Assembly (NCBI GenBank): GCA_963744145.1
Contig: CAVUSO010000001.1
Location: 7,008,001-7,072,000 of the forward strand
Origin: an uncultured cyanobacterium
GTDB taxonomy: Bacteria > Cyanobacteriota > Cyanobacteriia > Cyanobacteriales > CAWUOF01
DNA length: 64,000 nt
Reading direction: 5' to 3'
Made by a program: the position numbers and the translations under genes. Below are positions 63,690 to 64,000 of this stretch, in pieces. Numbering within the stretch: position 1 is the stretch's first letter; every line of letters begins with the position of its first letter. The notes under the pieces were generated by a model. The model did not search any database, had not been told where the DNA came from, and saw nothing but the letters and a program-made list of their open reading frames with translations.

Positions 63690-64000
63690 TCACCCTTCCA
63701 CTGTGCGTCCTTTCTGCGGGAAAATCCCCCCTGGTTTGATCTGAAGAAAGGCAATAATTAAAGCAAATACCATTACCTTTGCCATGCTAGTTGTAGCAAA
63801 GAAAGTAAAGAAATCAGCTACAGGTTGAATCGGTGCAAATATTAAAGCTAATGTACCAGAACCAATCAAATAACTAATCGTACCAATAGCTATTGCTGCT
63901 ACAACACTCCCAACTATCTTTCCTACACCTCCTACAACTACAACCATAAAAGTATCAACTACATAATTTTGTCCCGTATTGGGTCCTACCGAACCGAGCA
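63690..64000 (-). CDS. urtB: urea ABC transporter permease, 3' part
   Basis: SVGPNTGQNYVVDTFMVVVVGGVG...PGGIFPQKGR. Confidence 0.88.
   Translation of the reverse strand, partial: LGSVGPNTGQNYVVDTFMVVVVGGVGKIVGSVVAAIAIGTISYLIGSGTLALIFAPIQPVADFFTFFATTSMAKVMVFALIIAFLQIKPGGIFPQKGRTVEG

Noticed and set aside
1..64000. High GCGATCGC density as a novel repeat; tRNA or rRNA genes
   Set aside because: This is the known cyanobacterial HIP1; no tRNA or rRNA gene was recognisable by eye

Overview
AT-rich cyanobacterial DNA with abundant HIP1 octamers (GCGATCGC). 1-22.8 kb is an accessory region. It holds a GIY-YIG gene split by a decayed IS200/IS605 (tnpA+tnpB), a PEP-CTERM protein, small paralogues with CRP-like boxes, rubredoxin, an XRE/antirepressor-like pair, three GUN4-domain paralogues, an intact IscB with omegaRNA, and IS5-, ISKra4-, ISAzo13- and IS4-like elements. 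Its standout feature is a tyrosine recombinase beside an ~86-bp HIP1-containing tandem array. Inserted in that array is a cassette with its own sigma70 promoter encoding a TCTP (translationally controlled tumour protein)-like protein, a family normally considered eukaryote-specific. 23-58.6 kb is a signalling/secretion region: sigma-70-like factor, DUF1822, CHAT-CHASE2, DUF928, TPR-CHAT, two TPS/haemagglutinin proteins (one fused to CHAT), CHAT-FHA and two Ser/Thr kinase-AAA-GAF-His kinases, interrupted by a nested IS stack at 35.5-38 kb. The end has a tnpB-only element, an MntA/HepT toxin-antitoxin pair and urtB(partial)CDE. All family calls are by motif recognition; no searches were run.
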